DNA from: Malacoraja senta
Lineage: Eukaryota
DNA: 64,000 nucleotides
NCBI GenBank assembly: GCA_038087875.1
Contig: CM075999.1
Location: 3,226,001 to 3,290,000 of the forward strand
Reading direction: 5' to 3'
Part shown: positions 12,241-25,435 of the stretch, piece by piece
How positions within the stretch are numbered: the first letter of the stretch is position 1
Layout: each line of letters starts with the position of its first letter
Notes under the pieces: generated by a model
Seen by the model: the letters and a program-made list of their open reading frames with translations, nothing else
The model's database searches: none
Told to the model about the DNA's origin: nothing
Translations under genes and position numbers: made by a program

Positions 12241-12726
12241 AGGGCCTGTCCCACCAGCATGCGATTGCATGCGTCTAGCGCCACCAAACGTGATCGCTTG
12301 AGGCGTACGGCCTCACGGGGCCGGTCCCACTTCCATGCGAGGAGGCGTATGGAGTTGTGCGGGGCTGGTCCTGACATTGCGCGGGGCTCCGAAAATCCCG
12401 CACTGTCCGAAATCTTCGCACGCCAACGGCCTGTAGGCCCACAGGCACATTGAGGGCGTACGTAGCGTCTTGACGTCGTACGCAGCGTCTTGACGGCGTA
12501 CGCCTTGCACGTGGCGTTGTGCGATGACGTCACCGCCCGGCGCTGTGCAACGTCCAAATTCAGTCGGCCCGCCTCCTGCCCAGGTGATTGGTGTTTATGA
12601 TGTCGGGACCAGCCCCGCACAACTCCATACGCCTCTGCGCTTGGAAGTGGGACTGGCCGTACGCGTCAAGCCACCACGTTTGGTCGCGCTAGACGCATGC
12701 AATCGCATGCTGGTGGGACAGGCACT
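12241..12726. mobile_element. CpG-rich MITE with long TIRs, probably PIF/Harbinger-like
   Basis: AGGGCCTGTCCCACCAGCATGCGATTGCATGCGTCTAGCG...CGCTAGACGCATGCAATCGCATGCTGGTGGGACAGGCACT; inverted similarity extends over 100 bp. Confidence 0.75.
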
Positions 12727-14109
12727 TTATCTAAGTATCTCCCTCTCCCATGACATCAGTCTGAAGAAGAGTCTCGAGCCGAAACGTCACCCGTTCCTTC
12801 TCTCCACAGATGCTGCCTGTCCCGCTGAGTTACTCCAGCACTCTGTGAAACGTCACCTATCCATGTTCTCCACAGATGCTGCCTGACCCGCTGAGTTACT
12901 CCAGCACTCTGTGTCCATTGTCGACTAGATGTGGCAGCAACGTTAGGGCTCCAGTGCACTGAAATAAAAGAGCAAGGGATTTGGTCAACACTGCAGGAAA
13001 CACAGTTGCATTTCTGCATGGAGATAGTTGATGACTATTCAGCTTACTAAACCGTGCCACAGCACCATTCTTAATGCTGGAGCTTGATCCACCTATTACT
13101 CACCAGGTTTTGGCCCGCTTCCCCCCACCCCCCTCCCCACCCCCCTCACCCCCCTCCCACAATCAGTCCAAAGAATGGCCCCAACCAAAAACATAACCTG
13201 CCAATTCCCTCCACAGATGCTGCCTGACTCGCTGAGTTCCTCCAACACTTTGTGTTGGCTCAATATTGCAACATCTGCCAGTTGTTCATAAGGTCATAAG
13301 TGATAGGAGCAGAATTAGGCCATTCGGCCCATCGAGTCTACTCCGCCATTCAATCATGGCTGATCTATCTCTCCTAAACCCGTTCTCCTGCCTTCTCCCC
13401 ATAAACTCTGTCACCCGTAAATGGCTCAGACAGGCATGTGACAGAGTTATTACAAGATGGGGGGGTCGGGGGGAGGGGGAGGGGGTGTGCAGTGTGCAGT
13501 GATTATTTTTGTAATTGTCCTCTCTGCATGAGAAGGTTTAATTTATACCGAGGGGTTTGATAGCCGTGTTTGTTGTAAGTGGCGCTGATGAAGTTTGTGG
13601 CGCTTTGCAATGTGCTGTCTGTTTCATTTGTCTCTCTCTGTTTTATTTTAACCCTTTACATGCTGCCAGCAGTGAGGAGGGCCAGTAGATTGTGTAAGGC
13701 ATGGCTCCACCATCAGCTTGCTGTAAATCAACTAACCTGCCTTGCAGATGACCAACAACAATCACTTCTGTTGTGTGATAATGATTTGTGGTGCAGTTTC
13801 GTTTTGCTGTGCATTTAAATTCTTACACTCTAACTTTTAATGTGGTATGCATTTGCAGGCAGGTTGTTTTATTTTTAATAAGCTCCATATTTAAAGATGA
13901 TTATTACGATCTGCCTTGAATTGATTGTTCTTACATGGCTGTGACGGACTGGGAGTTTGATCATCTGCATTAACCATTGACAAGTTTCTTAATCATTGTT
14001 TCCTAACAAAAGTTTTAGAACTTTTAAGCCTTTTAAAGTGACGAGCAACCTGAGTTTGTAGTTGTGTTAATCATGGTTCAGTAATGGTCTGTGGACTACA
14101 GTGTTGAAC

Positions 14110-14395
14110 TGTGCGCAGCAGGTAGAGCTGCTGCCTCACAGCACCGGAGACCCCGGTTCCATCCTGACCACTGGTGCTGTCTGTGTGGAGTTTGCATGTT
14201 CTCTGTGACCGCGTGGGTTTTCTCCGGGTGCTCCAGTTTCCTCCACATCCAAAGACGTGTGGGTTTGTAGGTTAAATTTCTGTAAAATTGTAAATTGTCC
14301 CCAGTGTGTGTCGGGTAGTGTTAGTGTGCGGGGATCGCTGGTCAGCGCGGACTCGGTGGGCCGAAGGGCTTGTTTCTGCACTGTCTCTAAAGTAA
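14110..14395 (+). mobile_element. HE1-like SINE
   Basis: Head, body and tail match the other copies in the window. Confidence 0.85.
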
Positions 14396-15039
14396 AGGGA
14401 GGTCAACTCCATTGTAGCCTGGGTTCTGACCTCTGTAAATTGCCCCTAGTGTGTAGGGAGTGGATAGGGAAAGTGGGATAGCATAGAACTGGTGTGAGTC
14501 AAGTCAAGAGAGATTATTGTCATGTGTCCCTGACAGAACAATGAGATTCTTGCTTTGCTTCAGCACAACAGAACATAGTAGGCATTGACTACAAAACAGA
14601 TCAGTGTGTCCATATACCTTATATAAATATATACACACACATGAATAAATAAACTGATAATGTGCAAATGACTGATAATGGGCTATTAATGTTCAGAGTT
14701 TTGTCCGAGCCAAGTTTAATAGCCTGATGGCTGTGGGGAAGCAGCTATTCTGAACCTGGTGATCGCTGGTCGGCGTGGACTCGGTGAGGCAAAGGGACCT
14801 GTTTCCACGCTGCATCTCTGAACTAAACTAAACTAAACTTGTGAAAGTGCCTTGCTCTAGATCTCCATCAAGGGAAGGCCTGTGGTCTCACCGAACCAGC
14901 TCCTCACATAGATGTAGGTCCTGCCCCAGAGGTTGGGAACGAACTCACTCTCTCGTTCACCCTCCCTCTGCACAGGAGAGGTTCCGAGCCTCAACACGTC
15001 ACCTTCCCATGTAAAGCATCAGGATAAAGGTCACGAGTC

Positions 15040-15490
15040 CTAGGAGCAGAATTTAGGCCATTCGACCCACCAAGTCTACTCCGCCATTCAATCATGGCTG
15101 ATCTATCCTTCATCTCAACCCCATTCTCCTGTCTTCTCCCCATAACCCCTGACACCCGCACTAATCAAGAATCTATCGATCTCCACCTTAAAAATGTCAC
15201 ACGACTTGGCCTCCACCGCCGTCTGTGGCAATGAATTCCACAGATTCACCACCCTCTGGCTAAAGAAATTCCTTCTCATCTCTGTTCTAAAAGCCTGTCC
15301 TTTAATTCTGAGTCTGTGACCTCTGGTCCTAGACTCTCCCATCAGTGGAAACATCCTCACCACATCCATTCTATCCAAGCCTTTCACTATTCGGTAAGTT
15401 TCAATGAGGTCCCCACCCCCCACCCCCCTCAAACATCTAAACTCCAGCAAGTACAGGCCCAGCGGTGTCAAATGCTCATCATATGTTATA
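15040..15490 (-). mobile_element. CR1-like LINE 3' fragment
   Basis: ORF 15115-15510: GDLIETYRIVKGLDR...NFFSQRVVNLWNSLPQ. Confidence 0.9.
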
Positions 15491-16639
15491 TGTAGGGCTT
15501 GGGTAGACAAAAGTGCTGGAGAAACTCAGCGGGTGAGGCAGCATCTATGGAGCGAAGGAAATAGGCGACGTTTCGGCTTGTTATACTGAAACAGATGCTG
15601 TTTGTCCAATCCTAAGAATTAGGAATGGGGATAACCAGGATAAAGTTGAAAAAGACCAGATATCTGTCCCCACTGCCCCACACTCAGAGTCACATTAGAC
15701 AATAGACAATAGGTGCAGGAGTAGGCCATTTGGCCCTTCGAGCCAGCACCGCCATTCAATGTGATCATGGCTGATCATCCCCAATCAGTACCTCGTTCCT
15801 GCCTTCTCCCCATATCCCCTGACTCCGCTATTTTTAAGAGCCCTATCTAGCTCTCTCTTGAAGCATCCAGAGGACCTGCCTCCACCGCCCTCTGAGGCAG
15901 AGAATTCCACAGACGTACATCACACAATGCCAGCTGTAAACCTGCTCAACGCAGCGTTTAATACTCAGCTTTGACCAAGTTCTCTGTCGTCTACAGACTA
16001 GACTTTATTTCGAGCATTAATTGACTGTGTTCAGAGAGGCAGCATTATAATGAGGCTGCCCCCCCCCCCCCCCCCTCCTGATTCAAACGTTTGTGATTTT
16101 TAGCTGAGAGCATCATTTCCTCCAGTCAGGGTTTTATCCAGATTCTGGGATTCAGCCAGGACACAGTTTATATCGACCTCTCTCTGGAATGGTGGAATCC
16201 CTAATAAAGTATCGGAAGGAACTGCAGATGCTGGTTTAACATTGAAACATAGAAACATAGAAAATAGGTGCAGGAGGAGGCCATTCGGCCCTTCGAGCCA
16301 GCACCGCCATTCATTGTGATCATGGCTGATCGTCCCCTATCAATACCCCATGCCTGCCTTCTCCCCATATCCCTTGACTCCACTAGCCCCTAGAGCTCTA
16401 TCTATCTCATCGTTACACCGAAGATGGGCACAAAATGTTGGAGTAACTCAGCGGGACAGGCAGCATCTCTGGAGGGAAGGAATGCCTATCCCTAATACAG
16501 TGGCCCTATCTAGCTCTCTCTTGAAAGCATCCAGAGAACCCGCCTCCACCGCCCTCTGAGGCAGAGAATTCCACAGACTCACCACTCTCTGTGAGAAAAA
16601 GTGTTTCCTTGTCTCCGTTCTAAATGGCTTACTCTTTAT

Positions 16640-16865
16640 TCCACACACTGGGGACAATTTATACTTTTACTGGAGGTAGTTAACCTGCAAACCTGCACGT
16701 CTTTGGAGTGTGGGGGGGGAGGGGGGAACCGGAGCACCCGGAGAAAACCCACGCAGGTCACGGGGAGAACGTACAAACTCTGTGCTGACAGCACTCGTAG
16801 TAAGGATTGAACCCGGGTCTCCAGCGCTGTGAGGCAGCAACTCTACCGCTGCGCCACCGTGCCGC
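16640..16865 (-). mobile_element. HE1-like SINE (5' part)
   Basis: A-box TGGCGCAGCGG and B-box GGTTCAATCC on the minus strand. Confidence 0.8.
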
Positions 16866-19254
16866 ACTACCTGCTGTTACCTGCCCTGTTTATGTTCTAA
16901 CCCCAGACCCACAAACAGATGGTTGACCCTAAACTGGCTGATGAGACTGAATGGTCCTGACTTTACCTTGCACTAAACATTGTTCCCTTTTACCCTGTAT
17001 CTGTCCACTGTGGACGGCTCGATTGTAATCATGTATTGCCTTTCCGCTGACTGGTTAGCACGCAACAAAAGCTTTTCACTGTACCTCGATACACGTGACA
17101 ATAAGCTATACTAAAGACCCACGCAGGTCACCTATCCATGTTCTCCCTAAGAACATGTTGAGTGATATTTATTGTAACATTCATTTAATGAAGTGAACTG
17201 TAATCTACCAAAGATAGACATAAAATGCTGGAGTAACTCAGCGGGACAGGCAGCATCTCTGGAGAGAAGGAATGGGTGACGTTTCGGGACGAGACCCTTC
17301 TTCAGACTGACGGTCTACCAAGGTGGAATTTGATCAGCTTGAGTTCCCTGCATCACTGGTTGGAGTCCTGTGTCTGACGTTTCATAGTCTACACTATGTT
17401 TCCCAAAATGTGTAAAAATTGTTGCATTGCGAATGTTGCAGCTTCCACTATGCTGTGTTGAAGTCTAGAGTGATACAGTGTGGAAACAGGCCCTTCAGCC
17501 CAACATGCCTGCACTGGCCAACATGCCCCATCTACACTAGTCCCACCTGCCTGCATTTGGCCCATATCCCTGTAAACCTGTCCTATCCATGTACCTGTCT
17601 AACTGATTCTTCAACTTTGGGATAGTCCCAGCCTCAACTACCTCCTCTGGCAGCTTGTTCCATACACCCACCACCCTCTGTGTGAAACAAGTTCCCCTCA
17701 TCTGTATAAAGAGCTTGAATTGCAGGTGCTGTTTGTCAAACCCTCAGAATTACCTCTACTGTTCAACTGCAATGATAAGTTTGTTTGCAAATTAAAAAAA
17801 AACAACTCCTGTGTTCTATTGGAATAGGATCTGATCTAAAGACGGAGGCAATGTTTGAAGCGGCCAAACAGAAAGTGCAAAACTGCAAACACTTAATGTG
17901 AAGTTCTCCACACTAATGTCACATTTGTGCAGCGTTTCACGGGAGTGATGGCCTCTTTGGCTTTTGACACGGTGAATGTAACTGGTGACCATTGCAAGAG
18001 AACGCTGGTGACTAGTCTTTGCGTTGGTTCTCAAGAGCACTACTGCGAATATGCACCTGGACCCTTGTACAAGAACATCCAGTAATGGCTCGACTTAACT
18101 ATTGGGCCTAACCCCATAAAATGCAGCGTTTTTATATGTTGACTCTTGTTCCTTTGATTACTTTTCTTCGGTTAAAATCCAATCGAGTTTTAACGAATTA
18201 ATTATGAATCCCAATAACTTGTGGTGATGCTGTAAATGTATTGGCTCCTGAAACTTTCACAAAGGTATCTCTTCCAGAGAAGTCAAGGCGACAAGATTTG
18301 TCCCATTGTCCAATGTCGGATTAGTTCCATCTAGCATGGCCCATTTGGAAGACCATTTGGAATGGTCTGGTACAAGCTAGCAAGCTCCACTAAGCATCTC
18401 CTGTGCACATTATAGGTTCATAAGTATTAATAGCAGAATAAGGCCATTTAGCCCATCAAGTCTACTCCACTGTTCAATCATGGCTGATCTATCTCTCCTC
18501 CTCAACCCCATTCTCCTGCCTTCTCCCCGAAACCCCTGACACCCGTACTAATCAAGAATCAGTCGATCTCCACCTTAAAAATATCCATTAACTTTGACCT
18601 TCTGGGACAATGAATTCCACAGATCCACCACCCTCTGGTTAAAGACATTCTTCCTCATCTCCTTCCTAAAGGTACGTCCTTTTATTCTGAGGCTGTGTGT
18701 GACCTCTGGTCCTTGACTCTCCCACTAGTGGAAACATCCTCTCCGCATCCCCTTCTATCCAGGGCTTTCAAGTGACTGAAATATTTTAGACGCCTGGTGT
18801 ATTTAATTAAAACGTATTGCTCAACTCAGAGTGTTGTGAAATCTCTCCCACTAGTGGGACAATGGAAGCACTGCTTGGTCTTGCGACGGTTTAATGGTCC
18901 ATTTGTGCTGTGGTTGAGTTATTGAAGACTACTGACATTCCAATGCTCTCTTCTCTTCCCACCTCGCCCACCCAAGTAACTGATGCTCCACTGGACCTGC
19001 TCACTCAGCCCCAGGTGAATGTAAACACTCTTCATTGCTTCATCCTCACATTGGTCAAAGCTGCATGCTGCTCCAGCCCTCAAATGATAACTGGTGGAGG
19101 TACTTTGTTCTCTCTCTCCCTCTCCCTCTCTCTCCCTCTCTCTCCCCCTCTCTCTCCCTCTCTCTCCATTCCATAGCAACGCAACAGTTCAGAAGGAGAG
19201 TTGTTTGATAAGTTGCTGTAATTAGACAGCATTCAATTTGAATCAATCCCAAAT

Positions 19255-19545
19255 TTTGTTTAGTTTAGAGATACAAGCACCGAATCCGTGCCGACCAGTG
19301 ACCAGTGATCCCTGCCAACTAACGCACTACCCTACACACACTGGGGACAATTTACAATTATACCAAGCCAGTTAGCCTACAACCTGTCTGTCTTTTGGAG
19401 TGTGGGAGGAAACCGGAGCGCCCGGAGAAAGCCCACGCAGGTCACTGGGAGAACGTACAAACTCCGCACAGACAGCACCCGTGGTCAGGATCGAACCCGG
19501 GTCTCTGGCGCTGTGAGGCAGCAACCCTACCGCCGTGCCGTCCAC
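19255..19545 (-). mobile_element. HE1-like SINE
   Basis: B-box GGTTCGATCC on the minus strand, conserved body and tail. Confidence 0.85.
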
Positions 19546-19650
19546 TGCTTACTGACAGCTGAACCTTAACTCAGCCGTCCATTTTGAAAGTAAATCGCAT
19601 TCATTCGATTCCCCTTGAGTATACTAGATCAGCATATTGACAAAATGTAA

Positions 19651-20072
19651 GGTAGACTCAGCGGGTGCAGCAGCATCTATGGAGCGAAGGAAATAGGCAA
19701 CGTTTCGGGACGAAACCCGAAAGGGTTTCGGCCCGAAACGTTACCTATTTCCTTCCTGAAGGGTTTCGGCCCGAAACGTTGCCTATTTCCTTCCTGAAGG
19801 GTTTCGGCCCGAAACGTTACCTATTTCCTTCCTGAAGGGTTTCGGCCCGAAACGTTGCCTATTTCCTTCCTGAAGGGTTTCGGCCCGAAACGTTGCCTAT
19901 TTCCTTCCTGAAGGGTTTCGGCCCAAAACGTTACCTATTTCCTTCCTGAAGGGTTTCGTCCCGAAACGTTGCCTATTTCCTTCGCTCCATAGATGCTGCT
20001 GCACCCGCTGAGTTTCTCCAGCATTTTTGTCTACCTTCGATTTTCCAGCATCTGCAGTTCCTTCTTAAACAC
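19651..20072. mobile_element. Palindromic Penelope-like element with 7 x 38-bp tandem array and 13-bp TSD
   Basis: Units start at 19721, 19759, 19797, 19835, 19873, 19911 and 19949; TSD tgacaaaatgtaa at 19638-19650 and 20073-20085. Confidence 0.85.
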
Positions 20073-20290
20073 TGACAAAATGTAACTTTGCATTCACGAT
20101 TCTTTGGTCAAGAACTGCGCCACCCTTTGGTGCCGGTAGTACTACCAGACACAATAGCATCTTGTTGCGGGTGGTAGTATTTGTGATGAAGCATGCGTGT
20201 ATGTATGTATGTATGTGTGGGTGTGGTGATTGGGGCCTTGCATCTCGCTCGTAGATCCCTTGGTTCTCTCGATATCCCGTAGTTGCTGGA

Positions 20291-20595
20291 GTTTAGTTTA
20301 GAGATACAGCGTGGAAACAGGCCCTTCGGCCCACCAAGTCCGCGCCAACCAGCGATCCCCGCAAATTAACAACACCGCTCACGCGCACCACGCGCACGCT
20401 AGGGACAGTGTTACATTTTGTACCAAGCCCAACAAACCTGCACGTGTGGGAGGAAATCGAAGATCTTTGGATCTTCACAGGCAACGCAGGTCATGAGGAG
20501 AAGGTACTAACTCCGTACAGACAGCGGCGGTAGTCCGGTTGGAACCCGGGTCTCTGGCGCCGTGAGGCAGCAGCTCTACCGCTGCGCCACCGTGC
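20291..20595 (-). mobile_element. HE1-like SINE
   Basis: Head and tail match the other copies. Confidence 0.85.
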
Positions 20596-22624
20596 TGATG
20601 TTCCACTTATTGTGTGAACGCATGCATTGAGGTAATCCACTTAGTCATAGAGTGACACAGCGAGGAAACGGGACCTTCGGCCCAATTTGCCCACACCCAC
20701 CAACATGCCCCATCTACACTAGTACCAGCTGCCTGCGTTTGGCCCATATCCCTCTACACTTGTACCTGTCTAAATGTCTCTTAAAAGTTGTGATAGAAAC
20801 TGCCTCAACTACCTCCTCTGGCAGCTCCATCCATTATGCCCACCACCCTTTGTATGAAAAAAGTTGCCCCTGGGGTTCCAATTAAATCTTTTCCCCCTCC
20901 CCCTTAAACCCTATGTCCTCTGATTCTCGATTCCTCTACTCTGGCAAAAAGACTCGTCTACTCGATCTATTCCTCTCGTTTTCCTGTACACCTCCATAAA
21001 ATCAGACTTCATCCTCTTCCTCCTGCTCTCCGAAGCTCACTGCTCATCCTCCTATTGACTCCTCGTTCCCTTCCACCTAATCAACTCTTGTGTTGTGTTT
21101 TCTTGTCTTGTGGCGAAGTTCACGGTTGCAGATCCAGGTTGAATCTGTCCATGTGTAAAGCTGTTGGCCACTTTGTCCATGACTGCTGTACTCTAATTCC
21201 CTCTGGAAATGGCAGGAACAATGTTGCTCCACGATATTGCCAGCGATCGGGACGGGTTCGTGCGATGGGCGGCAGCGAAGACTAGTATTAACTTCCTGAG
21301 TGATGTTTTATGATTTTCAATAAATGATATTTTGTTGTTCAAGGGTGCTGTGTCCTTTCTCCTGCAAGACTGGGTTGTCCAAGGGGGGGGGGTGATTAGG
21401 CTGGAAATAAACTCTGGCGGGGCAAGTAATTTGATTTCAGCGGGGGTCACTTTATGTGGGGGTCTCGAGTCTCGACCCGAAACGTTGCCTATTTCCTTCG
21501 CTCCATAGATGCTGCCTCACCCGCTGAGTTTCTCCAGCATTTTTGTCGACCTACAGTGCTGGAGGAACTCAGCGGGTCAGCTGAGTGTGTCATGACTTCC
21601 CCGCACAATGCCTCGGTCTGCTCTGAAGCCAACATCCTTATTTCTGATTACTCTTTATTTTGAAGGTAGACACAAAATGCTGGAGTATCTCAGCTGCATC
21701 TCCCTCTCTCCAGAGATGCTGCCTGTCCCGCTGAGTTACTCCAGCATTTTGTGTCTACCTTCGATTCAAACCAGCACCTGCAGTTCTTTCCTACACAAAT
21801 ATTTAATTGCCTTTCTGATTACTCTGATCTCATAAATTCATGTGATCGGAGCAGAATTAGGCCATTTGGCCCATTGTCTACTCTGCCATTCAATCATGGC
21901 TGATCTATCTCCCTCCCAACCCCGTTCTCCTGCCTTCTCCCCATAACCTCTGACACCCGCTCTAATCAAGAATCTGTCGATCTCTGCCTTAAAAGTATCC
22001 ACTGGCTTGGCCTCCACAGCCGTCTGTGGCAATGAATTCCACAGATTCACCACCCTCTGACTGAGTAAAGAAATTCCTCCTCATCCCCTTCCTAAAGGAA
22101 CGTCCTTTAATTCTGAGGCTGTGCCCTCTGGTCCTAGACTCTCCCACACTATTGGAAACATACTCCCCACATCCACTCTACCCAGGCCTATAACACAGGC
22201 ATTTCAGTTGATGTATGCATCTTGCAAACAGGACAGTACTGGAGTAATTCAGGCAGCGTCTGTGGAGTAATTCAGGCTGCATCCTCTCCACATCCACTCC
22301 ATCCAGGCCTTTCAGTATTCTTGTAACTGCTTTGGCCCCAACATGAGACGAGCTGCCGGAGGATAGGAATAGGAATACTCTATTGACTAGGCACAGTGCG
22401 ATTCTTTACTTGCGTACACGATGGATACAAATAGCGGCAACCTACGGCGCTGACATAGTTACAAAGCCCGCTGGCTCCCTATGTGTCCTTTGTCCCCCCC
22501 CCCTCATTGTCCATCATTCTCCACCCTCCCCCCCCCACGCCGGCTCCTCCATTGTCCCCCCCCACAGAGGTTGTCCACTCTCTCATCGACCGTGGGGGAG
22601 GTAGTTGAGGCAGGTGCTACATAT

Positions 22625-23612
22625 AAAATACACATGGTTATAACACTAAACATACCAATAACAAGATTTTGTTATTTGCAGACGATGTACTTTTATATAT
22701 TACCAACTCTCAAGTCAGTATCCCAAATATATTAAACCTCATAGAACAATTTGATTCCTTCTCAGGATGTAGAATAAATTGGAATAAAAGCTCAATAAAA
22801 GCTCACATTTCCTAAAATTTCCCTTTGGGATTGCCACTGAAAAATGTAAATACCTTGGAATCTACGTGACTAGAAAATACACCTCTCTATTCCAAGCAAA
22901 TTTTCCACCATTAATTACTAAACTAAATGCCCTTATTTAATTTTGGAAAACACTCCCGATTTCCCTTATAGGTAGAGTAAATGCTGTAAAGATGACTTTC
23001 CTTCCACAACTCCTTTACCTATTTCACTGGATAGACTTGGCTTATACTCGCTAGAATTTAGGAGATTGAGAGGGGATTTTATAGAAACGTACAAAATTCT
23101 TATGGGGTTGGACAGGCTAGATGCAGGAAGATTGTTCCCGATGTTGGGGAAGTCCAGGACAAGGGGTCACAGCTTAAGGATAAGGGGGAAATCCTTTAAG
23201 ACCGAGATGAGGAAAAACTTTTTCACACAGAGAGTGGTGAATCTCTGGAACTCTCTGCCACAGAGGGTAGTTGAGGCCAGTTCATTGGCTATATTTAAGA
23301 GGGAGTTAGATGTGGCCCTTGTGGCTAAGGGGATCAGGGGGTATGGAGAGAAGGCAGGTACGGGATACTGAGTTGGATGATCAGCCATGATCATATTGAA
23401 TGGCGGTGCAGGCTCGAAGGGCCGAATGGCCTACTCCTGCACCTATTTTCTATGTATCTGTGTATCTAATCAATACCGATTTATCTCCCTAAAAGCTTTA
23501 AAAAAAAATTTGACTCTGTGATTACAAACTTTATCTGGGATTATAAAACTCATAGAATTCTTAAACGACATTTATGTAAACCTAAAGAAAACGGTGGATT
23601 GGCACTCCCCAA
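22625..23612 (+). mobile_element. L1-clade LINE RT fragment split by a CR1 insertion
   Basis: KILLFADDVLLYI..FSGCRINWNKS, KYLGIYVT, GRVNAVKMTFLPQLLYLF | QSIPIYLPKS..FIWDYK..LCKPKENGGLALP. Confidence 0.85.
23027..23467 (+). mobile_element. Young CR1-like LINE 3' fragment nested in L1
   Basis: Uninterrupted ORF 23066-23371 (RGDFIETYKIL...NFFTQRVVNLWNSLPQ) plus tail. Confidence 0.9.
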
Positions 23613-23812
23613 AATTTCCGAAGCGTTGCACCGTAACCGGGTACATGTGGCAATGAAGAATCATTGAACTGATTGATTCAGATCAGGTGCACTTGTAGCT
23701 GCAGGCTGTGTCCAGTAGGAGTCAGTGTTGTTCCACTTTGCCACCTCCCTCTGCCTCTGTGAAGCTAACTCTGTTGCACCTAGCAGGGCCACACAACTGT
23801 TACACTTCAGCG

Positions 23813-24108
23813 GTACACAAAAATGCTGGAGAAACTCAGCGGGTGCAGCAGCATCTATGGAGCGAAGGAAACAGGCAACGTTTCGGCCGAAACCCTTCTC
23901 AGACTCAAAGCAGCATCTATGGAGCGAAGGAAATAGGCAACGTTTCGGCCCGAAACACTTCTGGAAATAGGCAACGTTTCGGGCCGAAACCCTCACGGCC
24001 CGAAACGTTGCCTATTTCCTTCGCTCCATAGATGCTGCTGCACCGCTGAGTTTCTCCAGCATTTTTGTGTACCTTTGATTTTCAGCATCTGCAGTTCCTT
24101 CTTTAACA
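23813..24108. mobile_element. Palindromic Penelope-like element
   Basis: Inverted arms with internal partial tandems; flanking direct repeat acacttcag. Confidence 0.75.
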
Positions 24109-25261
24109 CTTCAGATGCATATTGTTGTTTTAAAAACATTTGATTGTTTTGTGTCTTCCTTTGTCGATCCAAGTGGACGCCACGGTGGCGCGGGTTCGAT
24201 CCTGACCTCGGTTAGAGAACGTACAAACTCCGTACAGACAGCACCCATTGTCAGGATCGAACCCGGGTCTCTGGCGCTGTGAGGCAGCAACTCTACCGCT
24301 GCGCCACCATGTTTGATCGGAGAGTGTGCAAACAATGCTTGTCACTACATCTCGGTACACGTGACAACAATGAACTGACGCCCGTCAGCTGCTTCTTTGT
24401 GTCGGGAGCAGATTTGCCACGAGGAGTTTCACATTCGGCTTTCTCCAGCGTTACCTGCTGCAGTTATCTGACCCGTCAGGACTTGCATCAAGTGTGGGTC
24501 CGATGGCAGGCCAAACAAACCTGGATAGAGTGGATGTGGAGAGGATGTTTCCACTAGTGGAGAGTCTAGGACCAGAGGGCACAGCCTCAGAATTAAAGGA
24601 CGATCCTTTAGGAAGGAGGAATTTCTTTAGTCAGAGGGTGGTGAATCTGTGGAATTCATTGCCACAGATGGCTGTGGAGGCCAAGTCAATGGATATTTTG
24701 ACAGAGATAGATAGATTCTTCACTAATACGGGTGTCAGGGGTTATGGGGAGAAGGCAGGAAAATGAGGTGAGAGGGAGAGATAGATCAGCCATGATTGAA
24801 TGGCAGAGTAGACTCGATGGGCCAAATGGCCTCATTCTGCTCCTATCACTTATGACCTTGTGAACATTCCAGCTCTAAGTATCTGATATTCTCAACCAAC
24901 AGCAGAATTTACAAATAAAATTACCCTTGTCCTCGAGAATTCCCCAGTTCTGTCTCGCTGGTCAAAGCCAACAAATAATAACTCACTTTCTAATATAACT
25001 ATAACCTAATATAATTCTAATTCACCTCCAGATTCAGGGACCGTTTCTTCCCAGCTGTTATCAGGCAACTGAACCGTCCTATCACCAACTGGAGAGCAAT
25101 ATGATCAGCCATGATCACATTGAATGGCGGTGCTGGCTCGAAGGGCCGAATGGCCTACTCCTGCACCTATTGTCTATTGTCTATAATCCTGACCCATCTA
25201 CCTCATTGGAGGCCCTCGACTCTTTAATGGAACTTTACTGGACGTTGTCTTGCACTAAACA

Positions 25262-25268
25262 TCACACA

Positions 25269-25309
<41 letters not shown>

Positions 25310-25435
25310 GCACACACACACGCACACGGATACACACACACACACACACACACGCACACGGATACACACACACACACACACGCACACGGATACACACACA
25401 CACACGGATACACACACACACACACACACACACAA
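25262..25435. repeat. (CT)n-(CA)n compound microsatellite
   Basis: Directly visible. Confidence 0.95.

Noticed and set aside
11696..12620. ORFs of 181 and 207 aa
   Set aside because: They span the N gap and repeat/MITE sequence.
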